DNA of 62,618 nt, filler included, from Actinomycetota bacterium (GTDB taxonomy: Bacteria; Actinomycetota; Actinomycetes; JAKEEW01), in the NCBI GenBank assembly GCA_046725875.1. It is 6 parts of 6 records of this genome, joined end to end, with 100 filler letters (N's around TTAATTAATTAA, not from the genome) between each part and the next. Parts side by side here need not be neighbours in the genome. Positions count along the whole stretch, not along the records: positions 23,909 to 50,141 come from JBKOZJ010000127.1; positions 50,242 to 56,078 come from JBKOZJ010000130.1; 4 more parts are not named here. One strand, written 5' to 3'. The notes below the pieces were generated by a model that was not told the DNA's origin, ran no database searches, and saw nothing but the letters and a program-made list of their open reading frames with translations. The position numbers and the translations under genes are program-made. Position 1 is the stretch's first letter. Every line of letters starts with the position of its first letter. Shown here piece by piece: positions 43,499-52,246 of the stretch.

Positions 43499-44509
43499 TT
43501 AGATCCAGCCGCGGCGCACCGCCTCCATGCCGGCTTGAAACCTCGTCGTCGCACCGAGCTCGTCGAGCAGGTCGGCGACCCGGCGACGGACCGTGCGCAG
43601 GGACACCCCCAACTGCCGGGCGACGGCTTCGTCTTTGGCGCCGAGCGCGAGCACCTCGAGGGTCCGCTTCCGCTCCTCCTCGGTCAACCCGCGTGACGAG
43701 CCGGGGCGGATGGCCAGGCCATCGGACGGGCTGGCCAGCTTGGGAACCGTCACCGCGTGCGCCCATACCCGCTCGAACAACTCCTTGAAGGCCGCGACGA
43801 TCGCTGGTGCCCGGACGACGATCTCCGTGTCGGACTCCCTGTCGTACGACGCATCGACCATCACCGCCTCGTCGCCAAAGACGATCATTCGAGTTGGAAC
43901 ATTTGGCGCGATCCGCGCCTCCTCCCCATGGCCCACCCACACCCGGATCGCCTCTAGCTCGGCGTCGTCGTCGAGCGCCGTAAGGGGGTAGACGGTGCGC
44001 ATGCGACGCCCGGTTGCGATGATCTGGGTGCCGACGGCGAGGAGGTACGGGAAACGAGGGTTACGGCTGCGTCGGACGAACGAGCACACCTCGCCCGCAC
44101 TGGTACGTGACAGATCCTCGATCACGGCGACCACTTCGGCCCCGGTTACGACGTCTACCGGCACGGGGGTCCACCGCTCGGCCTGCCCGGCGATGTGCTC
44201 GGCGGTAAAGTCGGGAACCGCGGTTCTGGCCTGGTGGACCTGCTCCTGCCGCTGGTGAAGGCGCTGCTGCTCGGCGGAGACCAGGCTCTCAATCGCTGCC
44301 GTCGGCGCCGGCGCTAAGTAGAGACCGGTATCCGTCACCCGCACCAGCCGGACCCGGAGCAGCGGCCGGGTAACCTCGGTCACCTCGGCCGGCTCCCAGT
44401 CGAGGATGCGCGCAAGCTCGTCGGCGGTCCGGTTGGGATGGCGAAGAACGGCCCGGTAGAGCCGCTCGCTCCGCTCGTCCACCCCCCACGGCGCGAGTGG
44501 TGTAGCCAT
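43499..44509 (-). CDS. TrmB-like N-terminal / LuxR-type C-terminal HTH regulator
   Basis: N-terminal winged HTH; C-terminal GAKDEAVARQLGVSLRTVRRRVA..RFQAG. Confidence 0.88.
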   Translation of the reverse strand: MATPLAPWGVDERSERLYRAVLRHPNRTADELARILDWEPAEVTEVTRPLLRVRLVRVTDTGLYLAPAPTAAIESLVSAEQQRLHQRQEQVHQARTAVPDFTAEHIAGQAERWTPVPVDVVTGAEVVAVIEDLSRTSAGEVCSFVRRSRNPRFPYLLAVGTQIIATGRRMRTVYPLTALDDDAELEAIRVWVGHGEEARIAPNVPTRMIVFGDEAVMVDASYDRESDTEIVVRAPAIVAAFKELFERVWAHAVTVPKLASPSDGLAIRPGSSRGLTEEERKRTLEVLALGAKDEAVARQLGVSLRTVRRRVADLLDELGATTRFQAGMEAVRRGWI

Positions 44510-44514
44510 TGCCT

Positions 44515-44547
44515 TGGCATCTTATGGCCACTGGCACGTAATAGCCA
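44515..44547. promoter_or_regulatory. Tandem TGGCA-N7-GCCA operator-like pair
   Basis: TGGCATCTTATGGCCA (44515-44530) and TGGCACGTAATAGCCA (44532-44547), just upstream of the regulator ATG. Confidence 0.55.
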
Positions 44548-44590
44548 GACAAGGTGCCCACCCATGCGGCATGCTTCCACAGGCAGGATT

Positions 44591-44636
44591 TCGCGGCTGG
44601 TGGAACCGCGGCAGGGGACGGTTCCATCGGCCGCGA
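44591..44636 (+). other. 18-bp-stem hairpin
   Basis: TCGCGGCTGGTGGAACCG / CGGTTCCATCGGCCGCGA, with two G-U pairs on the + strand. Confidence 0.6.
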
Positions 44637-44660
44637 CCTGTCGTCACTGCGCGGCCAGGT

Positions 44661-45344
44661 TCAGTCGCGAGTGGCGGGGGCGTGGGACTCGGCGGGTCGG
44701 GTGGTTGGGGGAGTACGGCGGGAGCGTCGGCGCCGCAGCTCGATCGCGATAGGGATCACGGACAGCAAAACGACGGCGACGAGGATGAACTCGATGTTGT
44801 CCCGGATGAAGGCAATCTGCCCGAGAAAGTAGCCGAGGACCGTGACCCCGGTCCCCCACAGAACCGCGCCGATCACCGTGAAAGTCGTGTACTTGCGGTA
44901 GTCCATCCGACCGGCCCCGGCGGCAACCGTGATGAAGGTGCGGACAATAGGGACGAAGCGGGCGAGAACGATCGCTCGCCCGCCGTATTTGTCAAAGAAC
45001 GCGTTCGTCTTCTCGACGTACTCCTGCTTGAAGAACCGGGACTCGGGGCGGTTGAAAACCGCTGGGCCGGCGCGGCGTCCGATTGCGTAACCCACCTGAT
45101 TCCCCGCGACGGCGGCGATCGAGATGAGCAGGCAGACCAGCCACAACGGCTGGTTGAGCCGCAGGTCGCCCGCTCCCGAGACGAGCAGCCCCGCGGTGAA
45201 CAGCAGCGAGTCGCCCGGCAGAAGGAAGCCGATCAGCAGCCCGCACTCGGCGAACACGATCGCGACGATGCCGATCAGGCCGAAGGTGTCGATCAGCGAC
45301 TGGGGATCGAGCCAACTCGGACCAAGCGCGAGCGTCGAAGACAC
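44661..45344 (-). CDS. DedA-family (VTT domain) membrane protein
   Basis: FAECGLL.GF.LPGDSLLF.AG, ARFVPIVRTF. Confidence 0.93.
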   Translation of the reverse strand: MSSTLALGPSWLDPQSLIDTFGLIGIVAIVFAECGLLIGFLLPGDSLLFTAGLLVSGAGDLRLNQPLWLVCLLISIAAVAGNQVGYAIGRRAGPAVFNRPESRFFKQEYVEKTNAFFDKYGGRAIVLARFVPIVRTFITVAAGAGRMDYRKYTTFTVIGAVLWGTGVTVLGYFLGQIAFIRDNIEFILVAVVLLSVIPIAIELRRRRSRRTPPTTRPAESHAPATRD

Positions 45345-45838
45345 CCGACGAGGTTACTTGACTGTGCGGCTCAGAGTTTTGCCCTGAGTTGGCCTGCCGG
45401 GCGTCGCGGGATCCCGATCAGGGTGATCGCTCGATCGGGGCCAGGGTTGACGGTGCGGGCAGTGTGCGTTCGTTGTCCGCGTATGACCGCTGCGATCTCA
45501 TCGCTCACCGAGAGCGGTGCAGCCATCGGCACGAAGGCTTCGGCGCCGGCCGCGGTGTCGGGGAGTGCAGGGTGCGCTAAGGCGGGCGTGCGGCTAGGCG
45601 GCCGCGCTCCCGTCGCGGTCGCCGGTGCCGGCACCCGGCGCAGAGCGAGGGCGGAAGTCCTGCGCAACGCAGGGCCGACGTCAGGCGCTAACACAAAGCG
45701 GACGCCCAGGTGAGGCGCGGGCGTCGACTCTCACCGCGGCCCGGTGGTACGCGAGCATGCCTGCGCGATCGCACCGGCCGGGCGGTAGCGGCGGCCGTGG
45801 GAGCCAGTGACCGGCCTTCGGGGGCATAGGCTCCGCGC

Positions 45839-46378
45839 GTGGGCACTGCTCGGGAAGATCTGCTTGCGCAGATCAAGGCCAAGGCGATCGTGTACGCCCG
45901 GGTCGTGCTCAGTTCCGGCCGCGAGGCGGACTGGTATATCGACCTACGCCGGATCACCCTCGATGGTGCGGCCGCGCCGCTGGTCGGCCGGGTGATGCTG
46001 GACATCACCGCCGACCTGGACTATGACGCGGTCGGAGGACTCACCCTGGGCGCCGACCCGGTCGCCACGGCGATGCTGCACGCAGCTGGGGCGACCGGCC
46101 GGCGCGTGGACGCATTTGTCGTACGGAAGGAAGGCAAGCAGCACGGTTTGCAGCGGCGCATCGAGGGACCGGACGTGGTGGGACGTCGCGTCCTGGCACT
46201 CGAGGACACATCAACTACCGGCGGCTCGGTGCTCACCGCGATCGATGCGCTGCGAGCCGAGGGCGCAGAAATCGTCGCGGTCGCCGCTATTGTCGAGCGC
46301 GGCGCCGCGGCCGCCATCGCTGCAGCAGGTCTTCCCTATCGTTATGCCTTCACCGTCGACGACCTCGGTCTCGCCTGA
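45839..46378 (+). CDS. pyrE: Orotate phosphoribosyltransferase
   Basis: LSSG, YIDLRR, GGLTLGADP, VRKEGKQHG, LEDTSTTGGS. Confidence 0.95.
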   Translation: MGTAREDLLAQIKAKAIVYARVVLSSGREADWYIDLRRITLDGAAAPLVGRVMLDITADLDYDAVGGLTLGADPVATAMLHAAGATGRRVDAFVVRKEGKQHGLQRRIEGPDVVGRRVLALEDTSTTGGSVLTAIDALRAEGAEIVAVAAIVERGAAAAIAAAGLPYRYAFTVDDLGLA

Positions 46379-46404
46379 ATTTTCTGTATCACACGGCACT
46401 CGGT

Positions 46405-46660
46405 GACTTGTCAGAAGCTGGTGTATGAGTAGACGACTTGTCAGTCAACAAGGTTGCTCAGAGCGACCCCAACGACTGACAACTCCTCCGGAACCAGCCC
46501 CAGACAGGGCTTGTCAGAGGCCGATGTCCCAACCAAGCGGGCCGGGTTCTGACAAGTGCCCCCCAAGCACCTTCTTGCGCCTAGTTGTCAGACCCTGCGC
46601 TCGCCAGAGGGACCGCAGTCTGACAGCTAGGCGAGCTTGCAGGTTCGTTCTGACAACTTC
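46405..46660. repeat. Eight-copy TTGTCAG/CTGACAA array with nested inverted symmetry
   Basis: Cores at 46408+, 46438+, 46476-, 46511+, 46549-, 46585+, 46620- (CTGACAG), 46650-. Confidence 0.85.
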
Positions 46661-46666
46661 GTGATC

Positions 46667-47314
46667 TTAGTCGCGCCACCGGCGGATTACCTGGATCGCG
46701 ATCGCGACGGCAGCTGCTACGGCGAGCAGGAGCAGGACCGGGCGCAGGGGCCGGCCCGGCCGCTGACCGCCCTCGGCCAGGAGGTCGTCGTCACCTGCCG
46801 CGGTCATGTCCGCCGTCACTGCGAACCTCGTACCGGCCGTACCCTGCGCGGGCCCGACGACGGTCTCGATGTCGGGTTCCTCAACCGCAACTGCCGCGAT
46901 GACGCATTCACCGAATCGGACGAACAACCGACGAATCGCGTCGGACAGCACGGACGAGTCGAGCGATCCCAGTCGCCCGGTTACCGTCACATCCGCGTCG
47001 ACCGCTACCCGGGTCCGCTGCTGATCGCCGGCAAGGGCGAACGTAACGGCGCCCTTGGCAACGCCGCTCCCCCGCGCCTCCTGGCCCTCAAACTCCAGCC
47101 GGAACGCGTCCTCGGTCATACTCACCGTAGCCGTGCCGCGGTAAGTCACCGTCGTCGATCCCACTCGCAACCGCAGCCGGCCACCGTACTCACCGGGCGC
47201 GGATGTTTCGAGCGACACTCCCGGCACGCAGGCCGCCGACCGCTCTACGTCGGTCAGGAGGCTACGAACCGTGCTGGGGGCCACCTCGACCATGAACTCG
47301 TACTCGACGCGCAT
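46667..47314 (-). CDS. CoxG-like SRPBCC protein, divergent paralog
   Basis: LTDVER.AACVPG, LRVG....YRG, G.EARGSG; C-terminal TM anchor; RBS GGAGGT. Confidence 0.85.
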   Translation of the reverse strand: MRVEYEFMVEVAPSTVRSLLTDVERSAACVPGVSLETSAPGEYGGRLRLRVGSTTVTYRGTATVSMTEDAFRLEFEGQEARGSGVAKGAVTFALAGDQQRTRVAVDADVTVTGRLGSLDSSVLSDAIRRLFVRFGECVIAAVAVEEPDIETVVGPAQGTAGTRFAVTADMTAAGDDDLLAEGGQRPGRPLRPVLLLLAVAAAVAIAIQVIRRWRD

Positions 47315-47583
47315 CGCAACCTCCTACCACGATGCTGCTCTGATCGGCCGCCGTACGCGAGCGACGGTCCAGCTACGCACGACGAAGGCTCCCGTATGGC
47401 TCACGCTTCTCGCACCGGACCCGCAGCCGAGCCGGCGAGGCCGCAGGGGCCCAAAACTAGCAGCGCAGGCATCGAGAGGCAGCCGATCGCCGTCTCGTCG
47501 GAGCGCAGCAACAGGCATTTCCGTCGCGCCGTCGGGTGCCAGCAGGCTCGCCCGCCCACCCCAAACGCGGACAAGCGGCGAAC

Positions 47584-48366
47584 TCACCGCCGCGCGAGCC
47601 ACCAGATGACCAGGCCCACGACCACCACCGCGCCGGCCACCGGGACGAGCCGGCGCAGGACCGGTGCACCGGCCGTGCCCAGCAGGTCGATGACCTCCGG
47701 GCTGGGCCGGCTGGCCGACTCTCCCGCCATTGTCGCAGGTTGAGTACGGGCGTCCGCGGTCGGCTCGGCGGTCCTATCCGGGATCGTCGGTACCGGCGTA
47801 CCGGCCGACGCGGTCGTCGCGTCAGTAGTAACGGCCGCGGTGGACGAAGCGCCGTGCGGCGCCGCTCCCGCACCACCGGAGGTCTCCGGGGTCGCCGCCG
47901 TTTCACCGCGAGCCGCTGCTCCCCCGCTGAGGACCTCAGTCGCAAGACCCTGGGCGAACTGGCTGACCAGCTTGCCCCCGACCTCCTGCATCACGCTGCG
48001 GCCAAACTGCGCCGGACGGCCGGTCACCGCAAGCGAGGTGGCGACGACAACGCGGGTGTGGTCGCCCGCGTCATGCAGTTGGGTACGTACGGTTGCCCGG
48101 GCAGTGCCCGTGCCTCTCGTCTCGCGACCCGACGCGCTGAAGACGACATGGTGGTCGGTCTCGTCCTTCTCCTCGAACCGTGCGGTTCCTTGGTAGGTCA
48201 TCGTGATTGGCCCAATCTTGACCTTTACTCGGCCGGCCATGGCATCTCCTTCGACGCTGTCGAGCGTCGCCCCGGGCATGCAGGGCGCAACACGTTCCAC
48301 GTCGAGCAGGGTCTTCCATGCCTCGTCGATTGGAACCGGAACGGTGAACTCGTGCTCGAACTCCAT
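47584..48366 (-). CDS. CoxG-like SRPBCC protein
   Basis: EHEFTVPVP..EAW..LLDVERVAPCMPGA, VKVKIGP, TGRPAQFGR; Ala/Thr linker and C-terminal TM. Confidence 0.9.
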   Translation of the reverse strand: MEFEHEFTVPVPIDEAWKTLLDVERVAPCMPGATLDSVEGDAMAGRVKVKIGPITMTYQGTARFEEKDETDHHVVFSASGRETRGTGTARATVRTQLHDAGDHTRVVVATSLAVTGRPAQFGRSVMQEVGGKLVSQFAQGLATEVLSGGAAARGETAATPETSGGAGAAPHGASSTAAVTTDATTASAGTPVPTIPDRTAEPTADARTQPATMAGESASRPSPEVIDLLGTAGAPVLRRLVPVAGAVVVVGLVIWWLARR

Positions 48367-48411
48367 AGCCGCGCTCCTCATACGCAAGGTGCCGAACCGG
48401 CGGCGGTTAGC

Positions 48412-48490
48412 GTGAATGTGCCATTCACTCGAAACCGGCCGGTATGAACGGCACTTTCAGTCGATAGCTTCGAGTGAAAGTGCCGTTCAT
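48412..48490. repeat. Three-copy 17-bp palindromic REP-like cluster
   Basis: GTGAATGTGCCATTCAC (48412+), ATGAACGGCACTTTCAG (48444-), GTGAAAGTGCCGTTCAT (48474+). Confidence 0.8.
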
Positions 48491-48519
48491 GCGAAAACGG
48501 GCCGACCGTTGGTGGTCGG

Positions 48520-49386
48520 CTACATCGCCGGGCCGGCGGCCGCGGCGACCGCACGCCGAGTCAGTACGCGGGCCAGGTGCTGGCGGTAGTCGGCCTTGCC
48601 GTGCAGGTCGCTCGGCGGCGACGTGCCGTCGGCGGCGTGCTCGGCGGCAGCAGTCACAGCAGCCGAGTCGGACACCGACGTCCCGGCCAGCGCCTGCTCC
48701 GCGGCCGCCGCCCGGATCGGGGTCGAGCCCATGTTGGTGAGCCCGATCCGCGCCGCCGCGATCTGCCCGTCGGACCGGCGTACCGCCGCGGCCACACCGA
48801 CGATTGCCCAGGCCTGCGCGACCCGGTGGAACTTCTCGTAGCGGTAGCCCCAGCCCGCGCCGAGCGCGGGGACCCGCACCTCGACCAGAACCTCGCCCGG
48901 CGAGAGCGAAGTGGACAGGTAGTCGATGAAGAACTCCCCGGCCGGGATCGACCGCCGCCCCGACGGCCCGGCCGCCACGAGCGTGGCGTCGAGCGCGACC
49001 GCGACCGCCGGCAGGTCGCCCGCGGGGTCGGCATGCGCCAGCGATCCACCGAGGGTGCCGCGGTGGCGGACCGCGGGGTCCCCAAGGCTGGCCGCTGCGG
49101 CGACCAGCAGACCGCACCGGGATCGCACGAGTTCGGATGCCACGACATCGGCGTGCGTCGTCATCGCTCCGATGACCAGCTCGCCGCCCTCCTCCCGTAC
49201 GCCGCGGAGCTCGTCCACCCGGCCCAAGTCCACGAGGACGGACGGGTAGGACAGGCGAAGACGCAGCAGGGGAAGCAGCGACTGCCCGCCGGCCAGAACC
49301 TTCGCGTCCTCGCCGTTGGACGCCAGGGCGGATACGGCCTCGTCGATTGACCTTGCCGGGACGTAGCCGAATGCCGGAGGAATCAT
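48520..49386 (-). CDS. CoxM-like FAD subunit of a molybdenum hydroxylase
   Basis: MIPPAF.Y, AGGQSL.P, VRHRGTLGGSLAHADP.GD. Confidence 0.93.
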   Translation of the reverse strand: MIPPAFGYVPARSIDEAVSALASNGEDAKVLAGGQSLLPLLRLRLSYPSVLVDLGRVDELRGVREEGGELVIGAMTTHADVVASELVRSRCGLLVAAAASLGDPAVRHRGTLGGSLAHADPAGDLPAVAVALDATLVAAGPSGRRSIPAGEFFIDYLSTSLSPGEVLVEVRVPALGAGWGYRYEKFHRVAQAWAIVGVAAAVRRSDGQIAAARIGLTNMGSTPIRAAAAEQALAGTSVSDSAAVTAAAEHAADGTSPPSDLHGKADYRQHLARVLTRRAVAAAAGPAM

Positions 49387-50141
49387 GCCGCACCTCCACC
49401 TTCTGCCGCGCGAGCATCTTGTATCGCCCGCCACACCCGCTCGGGCGAGCATGGCATCTGGATATCCCGGACGCCGAGGTGGCGTACCGCGTCGATGACC
49501 GCGTTCACCACGGCCGGGGTCGACGCGATCGTTCCGGTCTCGCCGACGCCCTTCACGCCAAGCGGGTTGGTCGTGGACGGCGTGACCGTACGGTCCAGCG
49601 TCCAGGGCGGCAGGTCCGGCGCCGCGGGCACGAGGTAGTCGACCATCGTGCCGCTGATCAGGTTGCCGTCGTCGTCGTAGACGGCCTCCTCGTAGAGCGC
49701 CTGCGCGACCCCCTGGGCGACGCCTCCGTGCACCTGCCCGTCCACGATGAGCGGGTTGACCACGACCCCGACGTCGTCAACGGCGACGTAGGATCGCAGC
49801 TTCACCCCTCCGGTCTCGGTGTCCACCTCGGCCGCGCACAGGTGGGTGCCGTGCGGGAACGAGAACACATCCGGGTCGTGGACCGCATCCGCGCTGAGCA
49901 CGGGCTCGACCCGCGCCGGGAGGTCGTGCGCCTGGAATGCGGCAAACGCGACCTCCTGAATCGTCTTCTGCGACCCGGGCGCACCGCGTACCTTGAATGC
50001 CCCGGACTCGAAGTCGACATCGCCCGGATCCGCCTCGAGCATGTGCGCTGCAACCTGCTTGGCCTTCTCCACAACACGGCCCGCCGCGGTGCGGATGGCG
50101 AGCCCGCCGATGGCCAGCGACCTGGAGCCGTAGGTGTCCAA
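49383..50141 (-). CDS. CoxL-like molybdopterin subunit, C-terminal part only
   Basis: TYGSRS, DDVG..VNP..V.GQVHGG..QG, NPLGVKGVGE.G. Confidence 0.93.
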   Translation of the reverse strand: MDTYGSRSLAIGGLAIRTAAGRVVEKAKQVAAHMLEADPGDVDFESGAFKVRGAPGSQKTIQEVAFAAFQAHDLPARVEPVLSADAVHDPDVFSFPHGTHLCAAEVDTETGGVKLRSYVAVDDVGVVVNPLIVDGQVHGGVAQGVAQALYEEAVYDDDGNLISGTMVDYLVPAAPDLPPWTLDRTVTPSTTNPLGVKGVGETGTIASTPAVVNAVIDAVRHLGVRDIQMPCSPERVWRAIQDARAAEGGGAA

Positions 50142-50241
50142 NNNNNNNNNNNNNNNNNNNNNNNNNNNNNNNNNNNNNNNNNNNNTTAATTAATTAANNN
50201 NNNNNNNNNNNNNNNNNNNNNNNNNNNNNNNNNNNNNNNNN
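50142..50241. other. Artificial contig spacer
   Basis: N/TTAATTAATTAA/N. Confidence 0.99.
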
Positions 50242-50492
50242 GTCGGCGCGCGCGGATCTGTTCGCACTGAGAGCGCCGGGCGACCGGCCGCCGCCGTGAC
50301 TGCCCCGGGGTCCTGCGGATCGACCCCGTGCTCGAGCATCCACCAGGTCACAGCGCGGTACATCGCTCCGGTGTCGAGGTAGCGCAGACCAAGCCGGGCG
50401 GCGACGCCGCGCGACGCGCTCGACTTCCCGGACGCCGACGGACCGTCGATCGCGATTACCACGGTGTTCAGGGCATGCCGTTCGTCGGTCAC
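50242..50492 (-). CDS. cmk: Cytidylate kinase, 3'-truncated
   Basis: [23 protein letters not shown]. Confidence 0.95.
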
Positions 50493-50533
50493 TGGCGAGT
50501 CTCCCGGTCAGCCTCTGCATCCTCCGGGCGAGA

Positions 50534-51835
50534 TTACTGGGCTTCTGCTGAAGGCTCCGGCTCAACATCACGGCGGGGGTTTGAGAAGGGGGTCGTCCCC
50601 CTCGGCACGTCTTGGCGGGGGTTCGAGAAGGGGGTCGTCCCCCTCGGCACTTGATGTACCGTCCAGCCTCGGTCGGCGAGCACCGAAGCGAGCCGGTCCG
50701 CCACAGGAGGCCGGACGGCGAGCTCCACTAGTCCGACCGGCTGCCCAGGCGAGTGCTCGATTCGCACGTCCTCGATGTTGAGGCCGGCGACGCCGGCGTC
50801 CGCGAACAGCCGGGCGAGCTGCCCTGGACGGTCGGGCAACACGACCGGCACGACAGCATAGGCCATATGCGCCGATCCGTGCTTCCCTGGCAGCCGTGCC
50901 TCACCTCGCCGGCCCCGGGCAAGCAGGTCGAGAGTCGCGGCCAGACCCGGCGCCTCGTGACTGTCCCGATCCGGTACGGATGCCACGGATGGTGTGGTTC
51001 CACCGGCTGGACCTCGTACGCCCGCTTCGCGGAGCTCGATTGCCACCCTCGAGAGGTCATCGGCAGCGGCCGCAACCACGTCGGCGACGGCCGCGGCGTT
51101 AGTGGCAAGGATGCGCTGCCACAGGTCGGGATCGGAGGCGGCAACCCGGGTCACGTCCCGGAGCCCGGTTCCGGCGAGCGCGAGGGCGGTCTCATCGGCC
51201 TGTTCCAGGCGGGCTGCCATGACCGACGCCAGCAGCTGCGGCGCGTGGGAGACGAGGGCGACGGCTCGGTCGTGCTCCTCGGCACCCATCACGACGGGCA
51301 GCGCACCGCACAATGTGGCGGCGCTGACCGCGAGCGCGAGGGCGTCGCGGTCCGTCTGCTCGCTTGGGCACAGCACCCACGGCCGGCCGCTGAAGAGATC
51401 CGATCGGGCCGCGGCGGCACCGGAGCGCTCCCGTCCGGCCATTGGGTGCCCGCCGACGAAGCTCGAGAGGTCCGCGCCGGCCGTCGCTGCCGCCCGCTGC
51501 ACGTGACCCTTGGTGCTGGCGAGGTCGGTGTATGCCCGGGCTGCGTGCTTGCCCTGCAGATCAACGAGGACCTCGGCGACCGCGTCCGGAGGGACGGCGA
51601 GGATCGCCAGATCGACCGGCCCCGGCGGCGGATCCTCGAGGCCGCCGCCGAGGTCGGCGGCCAGCCGTACGGCGCCCGCGTCCCGGTCGGTGAGGTAGGT
51701 CGTCACGCTCTTGCCGCCAAGCGCGAGCCCGGCCGAAGCCCCCATCAGCCCAGCGCCGACCACGAGCGCACTTTGCAGCGCGCTGCCGCCTGCGTCCCGC
51801 ACGGCTCGCACACCCCCGTTCTCCGTCGCCGTCAT
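50534..51835 (-). CDS. tyrA: Prephenate dehydrogenase with ACT domain and repeat-derived tail
   Basis: GAGLMG, DLASTK, GGHPMAGRE, HDRAVALVSH.PQ, DRPGQL; ATGA overlap with aroH. Confidence 0.92.
   Translation of the reverse strand: MTATENGGVRAVRDAGGSALQSALVVGAGLMGASAGLALGGKSVTTYLTDRDAGAVRLAADLGGGLEDPPPGPVDLAILAVPPDAVAEVLVDLQGKHAARAYTDLASTKGHVQRAAATAGADLSSFVGGHPMAGRERSGAAAARSDLFSGRPWVLCPSEQTDRDALALAVSAATLCGALPVVMGAEEHDRAVALVSHAPQLLASVMAARLEQADETALALAGTGLRDVTRVAASDPDLWQRILATNAAAVADVVAAAADDLSRVAIELREAGVRGPAGGTTPSVASVPDRDSHEAPGLAATLDLLARGRRGEARLPGKHGSAHMAYAVVPVVLPDRPGQLARLFADAGVAGLNIEDVRIEHSPGQPVGLVELAVRPPVADRLASVLADRGWTVHQVPRGTTPFSNPRQDVPRGTTPFSNPRRDVEPEPSAEAQ
50572..50650. repeat. Tandem duplication (37-bp unit, 42-bp period) with a GGGGG-TCGT-CCCCC hairpin
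   Basis: GGCGGGGGTTYGAGAAGGGGGTCGTCCCCCTCGGCAC at 50572 and 50614. Confidence 0.9.
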
Positions 51836-52194
51836 TGGGCGATGTCCTGGCGGAGTACTTCGGCGCCGCGTAGGTAGACATGCTGGATCTCGGACCGGGC
51901 GGCGGTGGTCTCCGCATAGACCATCACCCGGACCACCCGGGGCACCGCGTCGCGCACATCGATCTCCTGAGCACATAGCAGCGGAACGTCTTTCATCCCG
52001 AGCAACCGAGCTCCGAGGGCCGGGAACTCGGAGCGGATGTCCGGGGTGGCGGTGAAGATCACGCTGATCAGGTCGTCGGTGCTCAGCTGGTTGCGGTCCA
52101 GGATTTCGGTGAGCAGCTCGGCGACGGCGCCGAGCAGCTCGTCGCGCTCGTCGCGATCGAGCCTGACCGCTCCCCTGATCGCCCGCACCGACAC
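51832..52194 (-). CDS. aroH: AroH-type chorismate mutase
   Basis: VRAIRGA, FTATPD...FPA, VPLLCAQEI, HVYLRGA..LR.D. Confidence 0.95.
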   Translation of the reverse strand: MSVRAIRGAVRLDRDERDELLGAVAELLTEILDRNQLSTDDLISVIFTATPDIRSEFPALGARLLGMKDVPLLCAQEIDVRDAVPRVVRVMVYAETTAARSEIQHVYLRGAEVLRQDIAQ

Positions 52195-52246
52195 GGTTCA
52201 ACCCTAGCCACCGGCACTCGCGCTCCGCTTCGCGCTAGCCGCCACG

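Noticed and set aside
45371..45810. ORFs between dedA and pyrE
   Set aside because: Low-complexity translations with no RBS or motif support.
46405..46660. CRISPR or TIGR-type guide array
   Set aside because: Only a 7-bp core, mixed orientation, and no cas or Nop-domain gene nearby. Kept as an unexplained repeat structure.
49383..50141. Genuine aerobic CO dehydrogenase
   Set aside because: The diagnostic motif is not in the window, and gene order suggests a form II-like enzyme.
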